Position numbers and translations under genes: made by a program. This document shows, in pieces, positions 32,326-36,719 of a stretch of 36,719 bases of DNA; the stretch's first letter is position 1; the number at the start of each line of letters is the position of its first letter. The stretch is from Schmidtea polychroa (lineage: Eukaryota). The stretch is from assembly GCA_044892525.1 (NCBI GenBank), contig CM097886.1, forward strand, positions 95,976,001 to 96,012,719. Direction: 5' to 3'. The notes beneath the pieces are model-generated. The model searched no databases. It saw only the letters and a list, made by a program, of their open reading frames with translations, and had not been told where the DNA came from.

Positions 32326-33050
32326 CAAAGTTCAAAAAACTAATAATTGAAGAAAAATTAGTTAAAAATTAAAAATTATTATAAAATCAATTGTAGGTTA
32401 TAAATACTAATTAATTAACTGAGAAAAACAAATTAAATTAAAGATACGATCTTCGAACTTAGCAGGCGAGATGTCAGTCTGTCAAGTTAATAAAATTGAT
32501 CCGCAAAATTCAAAAAATCCAATTATTAATTATGACGAGGCAACCATATAAAGGGACTTAGTGAAATCGTCAGTCAGGTCGAAGAAAGAAAACAAGTGAT
32601 GAAATTGGGAATTAAACGTGTGTACAAAGTAAAGAGGAAGTTTATAAAAATCGAATCAAATTCGTTTAACTATTTTACTTGAGGCGGTTTCCCATAGGGT
32701 TATTTGCCGTAAAGTTATTTGAACTGCATTGACAGAATTCGAAAGATTGTGAACTGTAATATTAATAAGTTATCCGTGTTGAGTTACTATTATTTAATCA
32801 AGAGTACATGGAGTCAGACTAGAAGTTCTATTCTACCTAACTATATAAAATGATCAAAAAATGTCTAAACATGAAATTCAACTAGAAATATTGGTCTGAC
32901 AAATTTCCAAATTGAGCATTTTTGATAGTATTATTTAATTATTTGACTCTATAATTTTTTGAAAGTGTCAGTTCGATGGAGTCTACTAGTTTTATCTTTT
33001 TAGTTTTAATCAGGGGTTCAATTTGATCTAAATTTCAAAAATTTATTTAA

Positions 33051-33573
33051 CCTTGCTAAGGCTAGATGGGGGGATTTCTGTTAAATCTAAAATCTACTGC
33101 ATTCGATCTTTAGTTATTCCAAGTGTGATCACTTTGCATCAATTTCATCACAAAAAAAAGAATCCTGTCACATCTATTGTAAAGAATCTGAATGGGGTAC
33201 AAATTTACCCCATTTGGTTATTCATGCATTGATATGCGCCACCATTATTAAGCGAAATCGTAAACAAGATCGGAAATGTCGAAAAATATTTAATAAATGC
33301 TCAGTATTTGTGTGTACAGAACATTCCACTATTATTATAATATGTAAAACTTGTGATAAGTAATGTGTTACTATATGTAAGAATATAAATAATGTTCATT
33401 TTATAAACACTTGTTTCTGTAATATATTTGTGTTTCATAGAATATATTATCTTTTTATAAGTTAAAATTATTTAAAACCTGTAAACTACCAATAGCAAAA
33501 TGAAAAAGTATTGGGGTACAAATTTACCCCAAGTGGTCTTCCGTGTAAGAAATTTGATCCGGCCTTAGGAAGG
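33051..33573 (+). mobile_element. 523-bp non-autonomous piggyBac derivative retaining only the Cys-rich domain
   Basis: TTAA at 33047-33050 and 33574-33577; TIRs ccttgctaaggctagat and, as reverse complement, ccttcctaaggccggat (14/17). The near-palindrome ggggtacaaatttacccc occurs twice. 33250-33363 encodes KRNRKQDRKCRKIFNKCSVFVCTEHSTIIIICKTCDK*. Confidence 0.87.
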
Positions 33574-33815
33574 TTAATTATATTTTAGAATTACTGAATA
33601 ATTCAAAAACATTAGGATGAAATAGTTCAAGCAACAACATCAAAATCACGCATTTGCTGTCCAATCGAAAAAAGTATTGGAGTTGTTCAAAACCAATCAA
33701 CCGCTATAAATGTAAACATTTTCTCGCACGTTCTATAATGTTACCAAACTTCAAGATCGTCATGCAAGTCTTATTGAGATATATCGTATATTATTGCAGA
33801 AAACCCAAGTAACTA

Positions 33816-34309
33816 AATGTTGGGCGTTTAACACTTCAACAGTGGATATTTGGAGGATATGGAGTTGATTCGAAAACTGGATTTGTTATAACTGTTGCAA
33901 ACCGTGATCGGGAGACTTTAAGAGAAGCTACTTTAGCAATAATGGAAAGTCATAAGGCCTGAAAGTATTGTGTATAGTGATTGTTTAGAAGAATTTAGAA
34001 GATTTGGGTTATGAGCATTTTAAGGTTGATCGCGAAAGTGGGTGTACTGCAAATCTCATCAAGAGAGTAAATGACAGAAAATAAACCAGGCTCATAAATA
34101 AAGATACAGCACTGCAAGAAATCTTTTGAAATCTTATTTAGCTGAATTTTTTGTGGCGACAGCGTTTTGGAAAGTCTTTTGCCAAATTTGTTGAGCATAT
34201 ACGTTTATTATATATGTTCGAATAAATATTAATTGTTTATGTTGATATAATTTGTTCTTTTCGAAAATTTTTTAATACATTTAGCGGGGGGCTAAGCTGA
34301 ATAAGTACC
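33816..34309 (+). mobile_element. 3' remnant of a Merlin (IS1595-family) transposon
   Basis: NVGRLTLQQWIFGG, VANRDRETL, PESIVYSD, GYEHFKV and SYLAEFLWRQRF..F.EHIRLLY* across frameshifts (33816-34225). Probable right TIR ...gggggctaagctgaataagtacc ends at 34309. Confidence 0.85.
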
Positions 34310-35534
34310 AACACATCAGTATATAGATTCATATAAAAAAATCACCGGAGTAATAATAATAATATAAATTGTGTATTGTACTTTTAATAAAGGTCGAAAA
34401 ACAGGATATTTGACGAATTAAATAGGGAAGATTCATATTTCAATTAGATCACACGAAAGGCGCAGTTTTAAGAAGTGCTTCAAGTTACTAATTAAATTTA
34501 GGCATAAATAAAAACATACACAAAAAAATTTCACAACTAATACTGAATATGCATTTTATTATTTTTTTATACTAAATATTTCTAATTTATGATATTAAAT
34601 AAAAAATTCAAACCAGCAACATTTTTTTAATTATTAAAGATCCCAAAGTTGGAACTTGATGACCTCAAAACATCTGACAAATTTCTAGTCTTACCATCCT
34701 TTAAAACCAAAGCTCCACATTGTACTGATCGCAAACCATTTATGAAATTCTATTCAAACATGTCTAACAAAGTTACTGAAGTTGTTATTGAAATCAAACA
34801 ATTTATTGAAAATTCTGAAGGAATCAAAGCTTAAGTAAAGTCAAATGAATATAAATAACGGTATGTATAAAAAAAATTAGCATTTTTACTATATATATTT
34901 TTAATAAATCCAGAATAAGATGGAATAAATTTCATTTTTATACTCAAACAATTTCACTGTTGCAATGAATATACATCATCAAATTCTATCATTACAATCA
35001 GTATTATCATTAATACATTTTAAATATTCATCATTCCACTAATAAATGACTTATTTGCAATACTAATAGTTTTGCATTATTATGCAATAATTGATATATT
35101 AATATAAATATTTACAATAAGCACCAAATACTTTGAATTTTCATCTGAAAAGGAATGTGCCAACTTAATCAATGAATACTTGATTTCTCAAAAATATGAC
35201 GAATTTCTGTGGCTGAAATAAAAAGTTGATGCGTATAAAATATAAATAATTATAAAATCATAATTTACTTGATTAATGCTTTCAAATCTAGATAAATATT
35301 TACATTTTGATGTACTAAAACAAATTCTATTGTTTTAATTAATCTTTAATCTGATAAGTTTATATATATCACACAGCTGTTAAGATTAAGCAATTTGTGT
35401 TTGTTGATGTAAGAAACTGTATAATACGGGATTCTCGGGAATTTTCAAAAAATTGCAACTACAACAGCAAAATTGTAAAATAATAAAACTATATATCTTA
35501 AAAAATAAAATGTTATTACAATAATTAGTAATAT

Positions 35535-36066
35535 ATAGATGTACCTGGTCTCGCCCGAGTTTAAATTTATTATAATAATTCATTTAAATTAATTTTTTGT
35601 TTAATGATGTTATTCCACTATTAATTTTATAACAGCTTCAATTCTATGTTAAATTCACAATAAGAAAAGCTTTCAAAATAAATTTCAGTTTGTAAAATCG
35701 AAAAGCACTCCAATTTAAATCAAAAAATAACTGGCAATATTTTATCCAATTGCAAACTGGTTCACTAATCAAATAAAATTCAAATTCTCCATGTTTGAAT
35801 TCTGCTTTGAAACCTTTTGACTAAATTATATTACTTTCAACTGCAAGTAGCAAGCATATAATAAATTATTATTTATATGGTAAATTGCTGACTGTAAAAA
35901 AAACCGACTAAGGTACCCTAGGGGTGGTCACCTGAGGTTGAAACATAGCCTATGAACTGTCCCGAGTCAAATGAGGGCCACATGCAAAATTTCAGCACCT
36001 TAGTTCCAACGGTGGGGAATTCTATAGAAAACAAACAAACAAACTTTCATCTTTATATATTAGATT
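35535..36066 (+). mobile_element. Probable Helentron-associated/DINE-1-like (HINE) element
   Basis: 5' tagatgtacctggtctcgcccg and 3' agcctatg...caaaatttcagc...acaaacaaacaaactttcatctttatatatattagatt resemble the termini of arthropod HINE/Lep1-type elements; recognition by memory only. Confidence 0.5.
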
Positions 36067-36385
36067 GTTAACAAAACTTAAAAGTAGCAAAAAATAATAA
36101 ATTTTCGGAAGAAATAACTACATATCTAAACAAATAATTATAAATATAAGTTATATTTAACCTGTTAAACACAAAAAATGGAAAACAAAGATTTTTATTC
36201 ATAAAAATTTCCCAATCATTTAGTAGGAAATCCGAAATATTCTTCACTTTAATTTTTTATTGATAACTGAACATAACTTTTAAAAGTTTTAATACATTTA
36301 GTATAAAATAGTTATTTTCCCCCGGAAAATATGAATGAATAAAATGAGAAACTTCCCAGGAATTCCAAGGAAGAATCCTCTAGCG

Positions 36386-36420
36386 CAGTGATTCCGAAAT
36401 GGGGTTCCGCGAGATTTTGA
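36386..36420 (+). mobile_element. Possible left end of another Buster-type hAT
   Basis: cagtgattccgaaatggggttccgcg resembles the 24850 left end and is preceded by ctctagcg (nnnTAnnn); no right end in the window. Confidence 0.4.
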
Positions 36421-36719
36421 GCTCTGACACTAGATATTATTAGAAATTTTAGGAATTTATTAAAAATAAGATTATTAACAAAAGGTTTATTACGTATTCG
36501 TGTTTGTCGCACGCATCTATGGGCTACTACACTCCTTTACTCCTTTATTAAATCATAACATTAACATAAATAAATTAGAATCCTTCATGAGCAACATTGA
36601 ATGGCTCATCAAATCAAATTCATATATCTCCTTGTCCTTTCTTTGAATGTATTTCATTTTGAAAGATTCGATACTAATGACTTATGATAGTTCATTGCAC
36701 ATCAAATGGATGCAAAAGA

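Noticed and set aside
34649-34834. 61-aa ORF ELDDLKTSDKFLVLP...
   Set aside because: Non-ATG start and no recognisable homology; it might be a host exon but cannot be supported.

Overview
AT-rich eukaryotic genomic DNA (two N gaps) that is almost entirely a dense, nested graveyard of mobile elements. It contains no rRNA, tRNA, CRISPR array or prokaryotic operon structure that I can support. The left end holds a decayed Polinton/Maverick (adintovirus-like) provirus fragment: integrase C-terminus, a pX/mu-like ORF and a protein-primed PolB interrupted by a MITE. An intronless, internally deleted ASF1 histone-chaperone copy lies directly next to it. The rest comprises at least five piggyBac elements or fragments plus a two-copy MITE, four hAT elements (CGGBP1/hAT19-like, SPIN-like, Buster-like and an older hobo/Ac-like one) plus two stray ends, a MuDR-type MULE, a nearly intact Tigger/pogo, two Merlin remnants, a Tc1 fragment, and probable Penelope and Helentron-type (HINE) fragments. 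Many boundaries are resolved to the base by TIRs and target-site duplications, giving a three-level nest at 18.0-26.6 kb. The host is unidentified; GT-AG introns and the TE families suggest an invertebrate animal or a parasite of one. All family assignments come from recognising motifs by eye, not from database searches. I found no clearly new biological system. The best leads are the Polinton-ASF1 junction, an in-frame chimeric hAT ORF, and a piggyBac with four TIR-like modules and an intron.
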